A stretch of 64,000 nucleotides of DNA from Marsupella aquatica (lineage: Eukaryota > Plantae > Marchantiophyta). Positions 1-14,217 of this stretch are shown piece after piece (positions within the stretch are counted from its first letter, which is position 1; each line of letters begins with the position of its first letter). Below the pieces are notes generated by a model. It had not been told where the DNA came from, searched no databases, and saw only the letters and a list, made by a program, of their open reading frames with translations. The stretch lies in assembly GCA_973895155.1 (NCBI GenBank), contig OZ316892.1, positions 27,117,233-27,181,232 on the forward strand, in the 5' to 3' direction. The position numbers were made by a program, and so were the translations under genes.

Positions 1-2163
1 GGGGGGAAATTAAGATCCCCCGACCTTGGAGGAAGCATTGGGCCCCGATCCCAGGGAGGCCACGAGGAGGAGGGAGGCGAGCGGGAATTAAGGCTCCTAT
101 GAGTCGGGGGAGAGCAGGTGGCAGCCGTGAGGAAGGTGCCCGGAGGGCAGCCGTGAGCCGAGAGGGCCGACCGGGAATTGAAGGGAAGGACTCGGATTTC
201 CTTCCCCTTTGGTTTTTTTTTGGCTTTTTTTCTCTTCTTTCTCCTCCGCGCACGACTCATCCCATTGCCGAAAGCAAACTAAGTGTTTCCCACATCCCAT
301 TGCCGAAGCTCTCGACATATCTCCCCAATTTTTTCAAAGTGTTCCCTTGGTGCTTGGCTTGGAGAGCTATGAAAGTTGAATTGAGACCTTGTGACGATAG
401 CGCCGGCGGCAGCATTGAGTGACTTTTGGGGAGAAATTGAGAGTGGTTCTTGATCATGATACGGGGGCCGTTCGGGCCAGGGTTTGAATTTTGCTACGGG
501 ATTTTGTGACGGAACTTTGTAATCATGGGATTTTCCTGGAGCATGGATGTTTGATCAGCCTGAGTTTAGTGCGATTCACATTTGTAGGTACAAGGCGGCA
601 TATCGGGCTTACATTGCGACATTGATTGAGAGGAAGCGGAAGAAGTTGGAGTGTTGAGAGAAGCATTGGCCAAGGAGAAGGAGAACGCTGGAGAGGTGGA
701 AAAATTGAGAGCCCAGGTTGGAGAACTACGGAGTCAGATGGGGATCTTTGAGACTAGGGTCAAGAGACTCGAGGCCTTGAGTCTAGGGAAACGGAAGAGC
801 CCCTGCCCACCTAGCTCCATACTTTCCCCTGACTTGGTCTCCAAGGCCATTGAGATGGTGGTGAAGGAAGTAAGTGAGAAGTACGGGCCCCTATTGGAAG
901 CAGCCAAGAAGAATCAGGAGAAGAATAAGAGCTTGGAGAAGAAGCTCAAGGAGGTACGTAAGTCGTTGAGGGAGGCCCAGGTCAATGCGGGAACCCCAGG
1001 GATGCCACCCAGATCCGTGACACCAGGGACTCCCATGGCCACCTAACAGGTTTTACCGTTGGAATTGCAATCCGGTGAGGAAGCTGCCTTGTGGAAGGAT
1101 ACCATCGGTGAGGGGTATATCAAGGCTTGGCAAGCCTTGGCGGCGTTGAGAAAGCAAAGGAACACTAGTGGGAAGAGTACACCGGTGAAGAAGAAGAGAA
1201 GCGGAGTGGTATCCACCCCAGTTGAGAGTGATGAGGAGTCCAACTCATAGGGCTCAAGCCATGGCACCATGAGTGAGGAGGAGGAAGACTAGGGTGGCCG
1301 TACGGACTTGATTATACGACCTCTTGATTTTGAAACTTTTTGAAAGTAGTCACTCACAGGCTGGTTGGAATGAGCTCACGGAGCTGATCCCAACAAGAGG
1401 TGGCGCTCCTCAAATGGAGCCAGGATGAGCAAGTTAGAGCCCGACAAAGTTGGTCGGTACGGAAAACTAAAACGACCATAACTTGGTCGTCCAATGTCCG
1501 TTTTGGGAGCGGTTTGGTGATTCATGATCAGGAGGAGCAGGGATACCCAGGAATGTGCTTAGAGGTGAAATCAGAGTGGCACCAAGTTTTGGCAATTATA
1601 GGGTCCCTTGTATTTTCACGGTTTACAGAGTGATTTTGTAGGGCGCCGTCAAAGGCACCGTCGGTCCCTTAGTTAGGTAGGGTTGAGGGGTATGTGTGTG
1701 CTGCATATCGCTAGGGTTTAGTGATATTTACCTATTGGTGTAATAGGATTTTAGGCAGCACCGCTAGGAGAAAGTGACTGCATCCAAATGCCGTTGGGTG
1801 CTTGGGTGTTTTTGGGGATTCAGTAGTATTTAGGGGGAGAGCCTCGGAGTAGTGAGGGGGGGACTCAGTCTAGTATTGTTTTTGTGAGGATTAGCCTTCA
1901 ACAAGAATAGGGAATTGATCCAAAGTATTGAGGTGGAGAGGGCTCATTGTCTTGTGAGGCAGGAGTTGGGTAGACGATAGGAGACCGGGTTGCCCAAGCA
2001 ATGTGTTACCTTGGCCACTAAGAGATATGGATTTGGTTGAATTTTTATGAATTCTTGTGTGGTGTTTTCTCTCTTGGTTGCACGACTGTGTTCTTCCCCT
2101 AGCATGGATGTTTAGAGAAAATCACATGGCTTGGTCGACCCTATGAGTGGGAGAGTGGTGACA
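1..2163. mobile_element. Probable LTR-retrotransposon remnant with decayed coiled-coil ORF (651-1250)
   Basis: Interrupted K/E-rich coiled-coil ORF; downstream sequence resembles retroelement LTR/UTR and ends in ...GTGGTGACA at 2163; no partner LTR or enzymatic domain in the window. Confidence 0.3.
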
Positions 2164-5099
2164 ACACTTTGCCAAAGGCCAGAAGGAGTAGGAACAAGGT
2201 AGTCCACGGGACTTGATCAAAAGCGGAGTACACCTATAGTCGGTAGACTTGATCAAAAACTGTATTTTCGGGAGCAAAAACAAATCTACTCATCCTTAGT
2301 AGAAAATGAATCCATATAGCATCCCTCCACGTCTCCGTCATACAATACAAAAAAAATTAGTGGAAAATAAGAGGTATTTTTTGTGTTAATCGTTTGATAA
2401 GCAGGTGACATTATCAAAATGATCCACAATCATGGAATAGAAAAAACTTTGTCAATGAATAGAAGGTCTAATAAGTACGACCTTCTATGTACAGTATTTA
2501 ACTATGAGGTTTTTTCTATTCAACAAGATAGTGGTCCTATGCTCAAGGCCGGAGGTCTAGAGAATCACTATCCAAACAAAATTTCTTTCTACATCTCAAT
2601 GGATTATCCTGCTTATGAGTTGATGGTCCTGTACTGTTTGACACATATGGTGTATTAGAGATTAAAGAATCTACAACGAGAAATGGAATGTTTCTCTTCA
2701 ATGCATGTGTTTGTCTTGGGTCTATCCTCTGTGCAATCATCCTAGACAGGTTATGAGAAATTGGAACTAAAGGTTTCCCCACGCCTTTCACAACTTTTCT
2801 TTTGCCTACATTCTCAAGTAAGGTTGCCTTGTGCTTTTGTTCTCTCCTTGTAGTATCTGAAGAGCCTCAGATTGCAAGCCTTCCAAGGTCTTGTTGTCTC
2901 TGTGAACCTGCTGGTTTTCCATTTTCAACCTCTCAATTTCCTCCTTGAGTTCTAGGGTCTCTGTTGTGTGGTTTTTTGAGTTGGCCATCTCCTTCAACAA
3001 GGCAGGCCAAATCTCCTCACAAAACATGGACTCCATGTGAGTGAAGTACTCTTTTGCCTCTTTACACTTTCCCAAATATGTCTTAGCAAGATCCTTCAAG
3101 TTATCTATGTTAGCCATTGTGTCGAACCTGACCCTGAAAAGAATTCACACCAAATTTTACTAACTCTAAAGTTGATATTTTACATGAATAGTTTATATGG
3201 CCTGGACATGTGTGTACAAGGTTAGTATGTATGAGGTTAATACATACGGCTAATAATTACTGCAAAAGTTAATTACAAACTACGATTGACAAAACTCTAG
3301 TCTATACATGGCAAGTTTGTTTTGTAGGCATGCTGTCATGATTGACAGCATGGTGAGTTTACAACCGGGAGTATTGAGAGAGATTCCAAAGCTGCCATAG
3401 TGTTCAAGCGGAAGACACAAAAACAACTACTGGTATTGTCTGCTACATTGTGATTTTACATAAGAACTTTGATAAATGGATTCATAACTTTTGAAAAGAT
3501 CACACTGATCTTAGTTAATTTAACATGTAGTTAAGTAGCGCCAGGACTCCGTGAGGACTCCACTAAAGACTCCGTGAGGACTGCCAAGTTGTCGCTACAT
3601 AATGGAATGCCACAATTTTATTTTAGGGCCGGTGTGCAAAGGACCTTGCACATGCAAGACAACCCTCAATTTCAAGGGCCTCAAAGGCTTGATTTAGGGT
3701 TGTTTTGCATGTACATCGGCCCTCAAGAACGCAACCTTTCACAAATAAAAAATTAGGGCTAACTTGCATGCAGTCGGTCCTTCAAAATGCAGCCTTAACA
3801 CTTGTGCAACCTTTGCAAAGAGCACGATCTTCCTGAAGCAATTGATCCTACCCACTACAACATGCAATGTGCACTTTCAACCTCGTGTCCCTACTGTGTT
3901 GTTATGTGCTCACAGTATATAGGGAAGCTTGAAGGGATGAGGCTCTGCAAAACTGAGTGAACCTGTAAATTGATGATGTGCGATGATTGAACCCCTGCAA
4001 AGTGTCATTTGCTAGACAACAACTTAGCCGGAAACAATACAAAGGAAAACTGGAAGCCAAAAGCAAGCCAAGCGTTCCTACATTCCTCCTCCTCACCAAA
4101 GCTGCACTCATAGTGTCAATCCTAGCTTGAACACGTACATTGGAAGCTACGCTCACAATGTTGATCTTAGCTTGAACATAGACATTCAATTCAATTTGCA
4201 AGTCCTGCCTGTCCGATGAATGATTTTGTGTCCTCTGCTTGGTCTTTGATTCTTCTCTGAATTGGTCTCGATATTGAACAATGTTGATTGTTGCTCTCGG
4301 AAAGTAGAGATAGTCAGATTGGGTAATAGGTGGAGACTTGCATTGCATGGAAGAGAAACCAACCGCTACTTGCTTGACTATCGCCCTATCAAATCATGTA
4401 TTGGCACTGGCAAAGGACTCTCGTTGTGCTCAAGGTGAGTGTGGTCAGGATAACAAAAATCTACGTTCACATGAAGTGTCTGTGTGAGTATTTTAGTTCT
4501 GGATTATCACCAAGGATTGAGCACTTTGCTTGTCCAGGAAGAGCCCACATACTATGCAAGAGTATAACTTAACAACATCTACTCGAGTATTCCTTGTGCT
4601 TGTACTAAATAAGTTACAAAGTATAGGACATGTCCATATACTTGGAAAAACCAATTGTTTTTTCACTAAGACTATTTGCACTCAATTTTTTTCTTTGGAT
4701 GTCAATTCTAGGTTGCTTTCATTTAGTTTGTACAGATTTTTTTCACTTCATCTTATGGTTTCACTCTTCTTGATTGTGTTTGTTTTATTTCTTCCATATT
4801 TTGTGTAGGCCTTTGGATTGTAAAAATTAGAAAAAATGGTTTTTTTCAAATGAGGAACTCAAAATCGATCATTTTGTCAATAATTCTTGCATTCCAACAA
4901 GTGGTTTTGGAGCAAATGCGATTTGCAGCTCTTGTTGGTAACTATTTTTTGGAACCAAGTGACAAGAAACTCCTTGCAAACTTGTTTATACTCTTTCAGA
5001 CCATTTAACATGCATTTTCCAGAGACCATTGTCTTCTATCTGAACATTATATTGAGCCTAGATCCAGAGAATGGAATGGCTAGTACCTTATGCATGTCA

Positions 5100-6173
5100 T
5101 CAAAGACGATCTTGTCCGTTTCAAGCATTTGTTCTGGGTGTCACCCACAAGATTCATGTATATTTGCGACTTGGTTTGAGAATATTTGACTACAAATGCC
5201 CCACCTAGCCTTTACAATTTGACCAACAGGACATTGTCCGTTGAGCGACAAGTTGCCATGATCTACTGTTGCATAGATTTGCTACTGGGTGTTTGTTGTT
5301 GATACTTTCAAAGATGTTTGGGGTTTCAGTTCCATGCATTTCTGATATGATTTGGCAATTTGTTAAGGCCTTAATTAGGCGCAATAGAGGTAGACATATG
5401 AGTTGGCCACAAGGAGAAGCCATGGCAAGGGTGAAAGAGAAATTCCGCTAATTGCAAAAATTTCCAAATTTTGTGGTGCAATTGATGCTACTCATTTCCA
5501 GGTGGAGTTACCTCTTGGAACAAATTCAACTAATTATTGTGACTACAAACATGGGCAAATCATTTTGATGCAAGTCATTTGTGATAGTCGTATTTAATTT
5601 TTGGATGTCTTTGCAGGCTGGCTTGGTAGCATTCAAGACTCACAATTTTTGAAAGTCTCAAGTTTTTATGATGATGTTTTGACACACCGCACAAAACTCT
5701 CTGGTTCCACATTTACAACTCCAATAGGATTCACTATAGGAGAGTATATTATTGATGATGTTGGCTATCCTGCTTATCCTTGGTTGCTAAACTCTTTTCC
5801 AAAGACTAGAGAGCATAGTCAAAAGAGAGAGTTCAACTATAGGCTTTGCTCAACTAGGATGTGTGTGGAGCGTGCTTTTGGTCAAGTGAAAAACAATTGG
5901 AGATTTGTTTCTTGCCAAATGTTTCAATTGCATCCATATGGATTACCACATTATATTACATGTGCAAGACTTTTGCATAACATATGTATTGATCTTGGAG
6001 ATGTATATGATCCAACATGGGATATAGATGCAGACCATCCATATGAACCTAAAGATCTCACTGCTACACCTCAGACTTCAAATAATGGGCATAGATATCG
6101 TATTGCAATAATGAATTATTTGTTATCTAAGAGAGAATGGGAGCATGAATATGAAAGACGTCGTGCTGTCCGT
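5100..6173 (+). pseudogene. PIF/Harbinger (HARBI1-like) DDE transposase, degenerate
   Basis: Motifs across ORFs 5269/5403/5601: LHRFATG...FGVSVPCISD, CGAIDATHF, QVICDS, DVFAGWLGSIQDS, DVGYP, REFNYRLCSTRMCVERAFGQVKNNWR, LLHNICI; stops/frameshifts; 3' end cut by a Gypsy LTR at 6174. Confidence 0.9.
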
Positions 6174-7466
6174 TGTGGTATGGGTGTCCCTGCAATTTTT
6201 TCTGGAAACTTGTTTATTTTTAGCATATCTCAAGATTTACTTACACTTTAGACGCCTCCGGCCAACATTTACTTGTTCTGGACACTTATAGAAATATTTG
6301 ACATCTCCGGCTTTCCTGACGATTCCTAGTGTACTTTGCCCGACGCTGTGACCAGCATCTGTTTCTTTTACTCATGACGCTTTTGGCAGTGCGCGACCAC
6401 CACCAAGACTCTATGAGGATTTCACACGACGCTGTGAGCAGCGTCCACCCTAGTATTGACGCTATGAGCAGCGTCCGTTGCTTCTACTCACGACGCTTCT
6501 AGCAGCGTCCACTCGTCACTTAGACTTAGTTTTTGAAGTAGATTACTAGTAGAGTAGTATTTTGCCACCCTGGAAGTACTTATGCTGTACTTCTCCCTTG
6601 TTTAGTTTTAAGCTTGGAAAGGCACGACTGTTCTTGCCTCCTCCATTTTTGGATTCCAGCACTTTTAAGACAGAGTAGAGTGATCATTTGAAGTAGAGAG
6701 AAATAGACTTAATACTGTATTCAAAATTGAGTCTTCTGAATAGTTTCCTCCTCCTTCCATTGTAACAAGGCATGCTGTGAGTGTTTTGTATGGAAGTAAA
6801 GCTGTATTGATTGAAGTTGAGATTGAATTCAAGAGATTCCTGTGGTGATTGAATTTAGTTACAGATTTCTGAAATTTGTATTGAATTCATTGCTAGGCTT
6901 GCTTGCAGAGTCGGGATTCGCTAGCCAATTCAAGAATAGTTAATGATAAATGAGAAGTAAATTCTGATTCTCAGAGTAGTCAGTACCGTTGCTTTGATTC
7001 TGGAATATGGTTTAGAGTTTGACTGAATTGCGCATCGCTGACGTCAAACCATGTTGATGGCATTTTAAATCATATCATTCATTTGCAACCAGAAAGCTTC
7101 TAGTTCATCAGATTGAGAATTCCATTATCATTAACCTTTGTGTTTTGAAGCGTGAGATTGATGAATTATGAGACATATTTCATGTCTATACTGAGCCCAA
7201 ATCCTTTCTGAAGGAGTGGCAGTAGCAGCTTGTAGTCTCTAAATCCTTACTCATTTCTTCTTTGATTCATAAATCAGAAGTTCAGTTACTTGGTTGTTTG
7301 TTTATTTGATTTTTTGTTGAAAAGTGAAGTCAGCATAGAGCTCAGGGCTCTAAATCACTCAGAGTGATAAAAGTTATACAATTCATTCTGAAATCTGTTC
7401 TTAAAGGGATCGAAACCCTGGTTTTAGGTGAGAAGAGTCACTTTTGATACTTAGCACTATACGATA
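6174..7466 (+). repeat. 5' LTR of truncated Gypsy (1293 bp)
   Basis: Starts TGTGGTATGG and ends ...TATACGATA (CA mutated to TA); matches LTRs at 42993 and 55148. Confidence 0.93.
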
Positions 7467-9790
7467 TCTTTTTGGCGCCGCTGCCGGGGAACGAATTTAA
7501 GATTGAATTGACGTACAGGCAGTGTATGCCAGAAGGAGCTAGACGGGAGAGGAATTCACGTTCTACTATAATTGTGAAGGTGCGTCATCACTGCAGTTAA
7601 AAAGATGAAGAGCTTCCATTTCGAGGTGATGCCGTACTCTATCCAAAGCGCCCCGGAAGCTCTCTTAAGAGTATTGGAAAAATTTGTGGTGCCAAACTTA
7701 AGAGAAGAAACCCCTCTCCCACCAGAAAAGGCCTCACAGAGAGGAGTTGTTGCTCGTCAAGTTGCTTTGGAGATAGTCGAAGACACCAAAGACACTTTGA
7801 GTGACAAGTGAAGTTATCATAACTTTGCTCGGGACGTATGATTTTGTAAAATTGTCCAACCATCCTGGTTCGTGTGACCAATGCCACCTATCCGATCTTT
7901 GGGAACATTAAGAATTAGGAATTTGAGGAATCGTTATGTTAATTCTTGGGTTCTGAGCCTGAGAGGGAGGAATGGCATACATTGGTTAACTATCACCTGG
8001 TGGGAAGATGAAAATTTGCATTTAGTAATATTAAGGCTGAATGGTAGGATCACACAGGAGAGATATTTAGTCATTTCCATTCGGGAGTTAGCGGAAGGAA
8101 TCATGCACCAGGAATTGTGTAGAAGATTAGGAAGGAGATAGACGCCTGATTGGCCTAGTGTAGCGTACCATGTGGTAAAGAAATTTCAGGGTGTAGGACG
8201 TCGGAGATTATGGGGAACGCCCGGTTCCAGTAATCGCCATCGTAAGGACGAGATAAGGAAGGACGTTGCGAAGAGCGTCCAATGCGATTTGTCCCAGAAG
8301 ACTCCGCAAGTCAGGACGCTTCCAGTAGCGTCCGATCCCAGTCACAGCGTCCGGCGGAATCTGTGACGAACCAACATGCGCAACGCTTCTGGTGTGCCTT
8401 TCCGCGTCTCAACCCGAGGGACGCACCAGGGAAAACGAGGTTTTAGAATCTCGACTGGTCACTGAAGGGAAGTATTAGCTATGGGAACGGGATAGCAAGG
8501 GGGAGGAATCATGCAAGGGATGTTGAACGACGCTACGGGAAGTCACTTTGAGGAAGCAGGTTCATATCTCCCAGAGTGGGGTGATAACGTCGCACCTAAA
8601 TAATGACTCCTTACATAAAGACTCCCGAGGAGCGGGTCGGGTGTCTCAAAATCACCCGTGCTTGGAGAATGAGGGATGTCTGAGGGAGATCCACCGAATA
8701 AAAGAAAACCTACCAAGACCTCCAGTAATTTGGATGCCGCAAAATCAGTAGTGACCCCTCGAACATTATTACCCGAATTCCAGTCACCAGGAGCACCTAC
8801 ACCGGGTAGTGTGTGGAAACAAGTGAGATCTATTCAAGAGGCAAGTGGCTCTGTGGAAAGGCCCACGTCAACCCGACCCCTGTTTGTAAATCTTCATTCA
8901 GGTCCAAAACTTATTGGTTCTCAAAAGATCAAGCTCCGCCACCATACAGTACGTTCGGTGAACCAAATTGACTCTGGTGTGGATAGTGCCACTGAGAGGG
9001 CCTTATCTCATACTGAAGGAAGAAATTTGGGTTTGCCCGAGAACACAGTTGCAGAACCGCTGGCCCAAGATAATTCTGTCGATCTTTTATAATTGGATAA
9101 TCCAGAACCACTTAGCGAAGCCGGTGGTTCGTCCTCTAGTGAGACAAGCAGCAGTTCTGGTAGCGGCAGCCAATCCGGCAGTTCAGGCTTGGGCAGCCCA
9201 AACCCATTTGCTACCCGATCAGCTCTTCCTTTCGTTACCCTCCTATCTCCAACCATGATGGCTCGAAATAATGTGAGGTACGACCAGTTCTTCGGTACTT
9301 CCAAGGAGGATGCAGAGGTGTATTTGAAAGAATTTGAAGCTGCAGCTACATCCAATGGACAGAGTCAAGACGCTGAAAAAGCCAATCTATTTGGTGGTCT
9401 AATGAAAAAGGGTGCTCAGAAATGGTATGACCGTTTCCTGGACAAGCAGGATTGGGGGAAATTGAAGGCTGCTTTCTTGGCCAAATATAAAGAAGAAGGA
9501 GCAGCTACGCGTGCCTTTGCCCGAATCTCACATCTGCACATGAAGAAACATGGGTCTGTAAGGAAATATGCCGACAAATTATTGGATTTGGTAGATCAAT
9601 ATAATCCAGCTACCTCGAAATCTACTATCAAGGACTGGTTTATTAACGGTTTACCCTCCAGGATTGCTCGTTACGTGAGACGAGAAGGTGGCACCACTTT
9701 GGAAGAAGTACAAGAGGCAGCCCAGAAGTACGTGGACTCGGAAATTTCAGAGAGAAAACGAGTTAAGAAAGACCTGAAGAAAGACAAAAG
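6174..9790 (+). mobile_element. Truncated Ty3/Gypsy copy (5' LTR, PBS, leader, 5' gag), same family as 42993-56534
   Basis: Near-identical to about 42993-46685; LTR 6174-7466, PBS TGGCGCCGCTGCCGGGGA 7473-7490, gag 8676-9790 with TAA at 9090; homology stops abruptly at 9790. Confidence 0.95.
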
Positions 9791-10060
9791 TATCACCTAA
9801 ATTGAAACAGGCAGGCAGGCAAACCTCCAACATTTGCACACAAAAAACAACACTTTGACAAATTGGAGACCAATAACTTAGTACCTAATGGTGGACAAAC
9901 CCCCATCTTCTGCACACAAAATGCAACACTTAGGAGTCCAGTGTCTTATCACTTAATTGAGGCGGAAGACCAACTCTAACCATTTACACACATAATGTAA
10001 CATTTTGACTAATTCTTTTTGACAAATTGGACGTCACTCTCTTATCAATTGAAACGGGAA
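9791..10060. repeat. Degenerate tandem repeat at the Gypsy truncation point
   Basis: Recurring TATCA..AATTGA, CACACA(A/T)AA..AACA and GACAAATTGGA blocks. Confidence 0.5.
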
Positions 10061-11254
10061 TGGCCCCATATAGTAAATGAGTTGCAGTGAAATGGAACCC
10101 AGGGAAATATGATATATATAAGAGTTTTCAAGGAACAGTCAACCCTGCAAAAGGGGGAGGGAGTATTCCAGTAACATTTCCAGTAGCATCAACCTGAATA
10201 TCTTGGATGCGGCGGAGGGCCCTTTATTGGCAGGAGGGGTGTAATCATGTAATGAATATGTGGCTATTAGACGATTGTGGAGAAGGATTACGTAAGTTCC
10301 TCTCTACGTGTGAGCACGGCACTGGCAGCCTCGTCTCGTGTAGACACCTGCGTTCCTCATTTCACAAGACACTTTCCACTTTCCAGCTAGCAAATCCTCA
10401 ATGCATGTAGCAAAGCAGCTACAGTCGCGCCCACAGTCACGTGTACCTCAACATCATTGGTGCAGCAAGCTTTCGATGCAAATGACCTTCTATCGGGTTC
10501 TGTTTTCTCCTTGGTGGTCTAGCTCCACATATTAGAAAGTATAGCAGGGTTGCGCCGTCAGCTAGCGAACATTCTATCCATGGCTGTCTATTGTACTCAT
10601 GCTGCAGCTATTGCTATAGTGTACTTTAGAGCCAAATGACCTCATAGGCTTCGGTGAACTCCAATTACTTTGCTCCTCCAGCGCATAGTTACAAGCTAGA
10701 GTAGAGCAATTCAGCTTGCTACACGTTGAGATCCAAATTCACCATCTAGGTTTCGTTGCACTACAATTATTTTGTCCTCGAGAGCACTGTTGAGTATAGC
10801 AATCGACTTGACTGCTCCAGACTGACAGTCTGAGATTCAAGTTCACCTTCTACTGTAGACACTGCTAGAAGCAAGACTAGAGCTCTAGAAGGGACTAGCG
10901 TAGAGATGGGCTCCGCCGTCACAGTCTCATTCGATAAGTCTGTCATGTGGGCAGAAGGGCTCTTATCCCGGCACGAGTTCACTTCAAGTACCCAAATTTA
11001 GTGACAATGTATTGTACCAGAACTTGTTTGTCAGCACGGCCGGTGGGGTCATTGATTTGTGGAGACTGGCTAGACTGCTACACCTGCTTTTTTGACTTTC
11101 TCTTTGAAAGGGCCTGATAACAGCCAACTGCCTTACTGCCAGGTCGCATTGTCGTCCCGTCAGTTATGTTATAGTCCTCGATTTAGCAGACACAGTCATG
11201 ACCCAACGAACCGATGATTTGATTTGTCCCATGCTTTGTAAGCTGTAGACATTT

Positions 11255-11423
11255 GGCACAAGGAGGAAAGCTCGTATCCAATGACTTTGGTGGGGTGGCC
11301 GATGGGGAAGCAAGCAATTTGTATCGCTGTACAATCACACTGTCACAGGCATAAGGACAAAAGCTCGTATCCAAGGACTTCGGTGGGGTGGCCGGTGGGG
11401 AGCAAGCAAATTGTATTGCTGTC
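11255..11423. repeat. Tandem duplication, period about 92 bp
   Basis: AAGCTCGTATCCAA.GACTT.GGTGGGGTGGCCG.TGGGGA.CAAGCAA.TTGTAT.GCTGT occurs twice. Confidence 0.8.
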
Positions 11424-11976
11424 GAGTCACCGATTCCTAGAGGGATATGCTTAATAGACCCCCTCTTGGACATAATTTGCTTGATCAGCCCCCTAAACAT
11501 TTTTGCCCCAATCTACCCCCTCTTTATGATCCTTACTCTTTGTTCTTCTAAAAAGTTCTTATAAAGTGAGTTTCTGCCTTACAAAGACCAAATTGGGTCA
11601 CTTGTCACTGTAGCCATTTCAACCACCAACCACGCTCAAAATCATAGTGACCGAGCATTGTCAAGCCGCAACCGTTCCCGGGCCACAAACTGAACTGTAG
11701 GCGTTGAATGTTTGCACCGCATGTACATTGACATTAGGGGTATTCTCATGCGAAGACATTGACATGAATGTCTTCACTTTGTAAACGTCATTCTGCATTT
11801 TTTTGACATCCTCCCATTCCATCTATTTCGTCCATGTTGGAACGGTGATGACATCTCCGTGGCTTATCATGAAGGGCATGGTTCACATGTGTAGTTTGCC
11901 ATAGAGAACCAAAAATCACATTTTAAAGTCTCCAAACTCGGTATTCGTTCCCTTTAAGAACAAGATGGGGTTGGTT

Positions 11977-13690
11977 TGATGTAATAAACTAAAAACAAAG
12001 TTTTAAGCTCTTGTGTCACACATAGTAATCAATCTTGACTACTTTAATCAGGTACTTTGAAGATCGCTCCACAGCGGTGAGTAGTTTTTGATGATAACTC
12101 AACATCAGATAACCTTCAATTAAGCAAAAGATTGCAATTAACAAAACACAAGGAAAAATCTCTCAGAGTATGCTTAAGGGAGTCTGGAATAGACCAAGGT
12201 TACTCCTTAGACATAAGTAATAATGGAATGACTTTAAGGGAATCCAAATCCACACAGCTTTTCAGATCTAAACTGCATACTAGAGTATCCTTTTAAAATG
12301 CCGGCAACATGTCTTGACCTTTCTTCCTAAGTGATACTTAGTCAAGATCTAAAAGGATAAATACTTCAGCATTTAGATGGTACTAAGCAACATGAAGGTG
12401 AAAACATCATTTCCAATGCAACTTAAACTCAATGAGTTAACTCTAAGAACTTGTGAGATTACAATGTGTCACCAAAGCGGAATCTGACATTATAATTCAC
12501 GAGATTCATAACTGAGGTTTTACTTCAAGTATTTGGGTTCCAAAATACAAGAAGGAGGTAAGTCTCTCCAAATGTTAAACCTGATCTCGAACTCATAGAT
12601 TCATGATCAACTAGTTTAACACAAGGGAGAGGCAAAACTGCAAAACTTAACCATCTCTCTACACTAGGGGAAGAGGTATAAATAGTGATGAACTACAGAA
12701 TAAGAGGTCACAGGGTCGAAGAGACATGCCTCTTCATAACCCTCAAAAAGTCAAAACGACGATTCAATAAGTGGAAAGCCGGAAAAAATGGCTAAGTATG
12801 AACTCTTAAACTCTTAAAAACTTAAACTCTTAAAAACGTAAAAACTTAAACTCTTAAACTCTTAATTTCGGTATACTAAAAATTGAGTAGATTCAACTAT
12901 TTTTAACTTTCTACTCCTGGTTTGGAAAACTCTGAAATTTTTCCAGTAGGGTTTCCTAGGTACAGACTACAGCCTAAAGAAGTCTCATAGCTTTTAAAGC
13001 TCTACAACACATTTAGAAAAATTGGTAAAAGTACTATACTTTTCAATACTAGCTAAAAAGATAGTCTCCTTCAAGCTTGTTGTCGAATATCATCGGGTTC
13101 TAGTAACTCCACAAGGGTAACAATTCGGTTCTGGGTAACCTCTATCAGCTTAGCTTGGCGTGGGGATCCTCTGGAGTATGGTAGGCACCTCAGTTGTCTC
13201 TCAGGATACATCAAAGGCATTCGCTTCATCAAATAACAGGAATCTATACGAAGAGCTTCTCTGTATATCCCTAGTACATCATAGTTGTTGCAGGTGGCAG
13301 CATATACTTGGGGATAGTGATGCAGAAACTCATCACTATTCATCATCCTGGAATAGAAGGGTCGAAGTCTCCATTTGACATCTCTGAAATACCGGTTGAA
13401 GCTGGGCAGAGTTTGAGAGGTAAGGTGGAAGAGAAGTCAGTAATGAGCGCCTATGTCTTGCATTCCTTCCCTTTCAAGGTGAGCTCTTCATCCGTTGTGG
13501 AGTCCCGTTGAACTAGTTGTAAGATGTCACGATCACAGAGTCGCCAAATCTTAAGGTGTAACTCGTAAAGCAGTGAACTAGTAAACTCGTAAACTGAGTT
13601 TACTCGTAACTTAGGAACTTAGTAACTTTGAATGCTGTTTTAGTTACAGTTAGCAATAATTGCAGTCTAAACACCGTAAAAAATTTAAAA
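11977..13690. mobile_element. Possible retroelement-derived non-coding fragment inside the MULE
   Basis: TATAAATA near 12677, short AACTCTTAA arrays (12801-12865) and AACTCGTAA arrays (13560-13630); no clear termini. Confidence 0.3.
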
Positions 13691-13740
13691 ATTTTCAGTT
13701 TCTTCATGCTTTTGGAATTACCCACTACTTACAACATGTA

Positions 13741-14217
13741 CAACTGAAGTGAGGTTTAATGAATGGGAGGATATCAAAAAAATGCCCTAAACCCTAAATA
13801 CCCTTTCATATGGAGAGTTTCTATAATTTAATTGGTAATGTCCGATCATGATTCAATCATGGTTGATGTGAATGCACTGCTTGGGAAGACATTGTGGACA
13901 TTGTTCTCCCACCACACTTAGCATTGTCTTCCCACCTAAATTCAATTTGCAATTATTGATAGATACTGGTCCCCCATTAACATTTCACTGGCTGTTTTGT
14001 AATGTAAGACCTAGTTATTACTTGGGTTGTTTCCCTTTCATTTGATTATCTTACTAGTTTATAGCTCTGGTTTTTGCTAAGTGCATTCATATCAACCATG
14101 ACTGAATCGTGATCGGATATTACCAATTAAATTATGGAAACTCTCCATATGATGGGGTGTTTAGGGTTAAGGGAATTTTTTTGATATCCTTTCATTCCTT
14201 AAACCTCACTTCAATTG
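13741..14217. mobile_element. MITE (477 bp) with about 140-bp inverted arms and TA TSD (Tc1/mariner-type)
   Basis: TA|CAACTGAAGTGAGGTTTAA...TTAAACCTCACTTCAATTG|TA; arms about 13741-13877 and 14081-14217. Confidence 0.8.

Noticed and set aside
2806-4348. Harbinger companion Myb/SANT ORF
   Set aside because: Only a short coiled-coil ORF and fragmented frames; no convincing Myb motif or TIR
10100-11200. Host pseudogene fragment
   Set aside because: Coding-like composition but no frame with a recognisable domain
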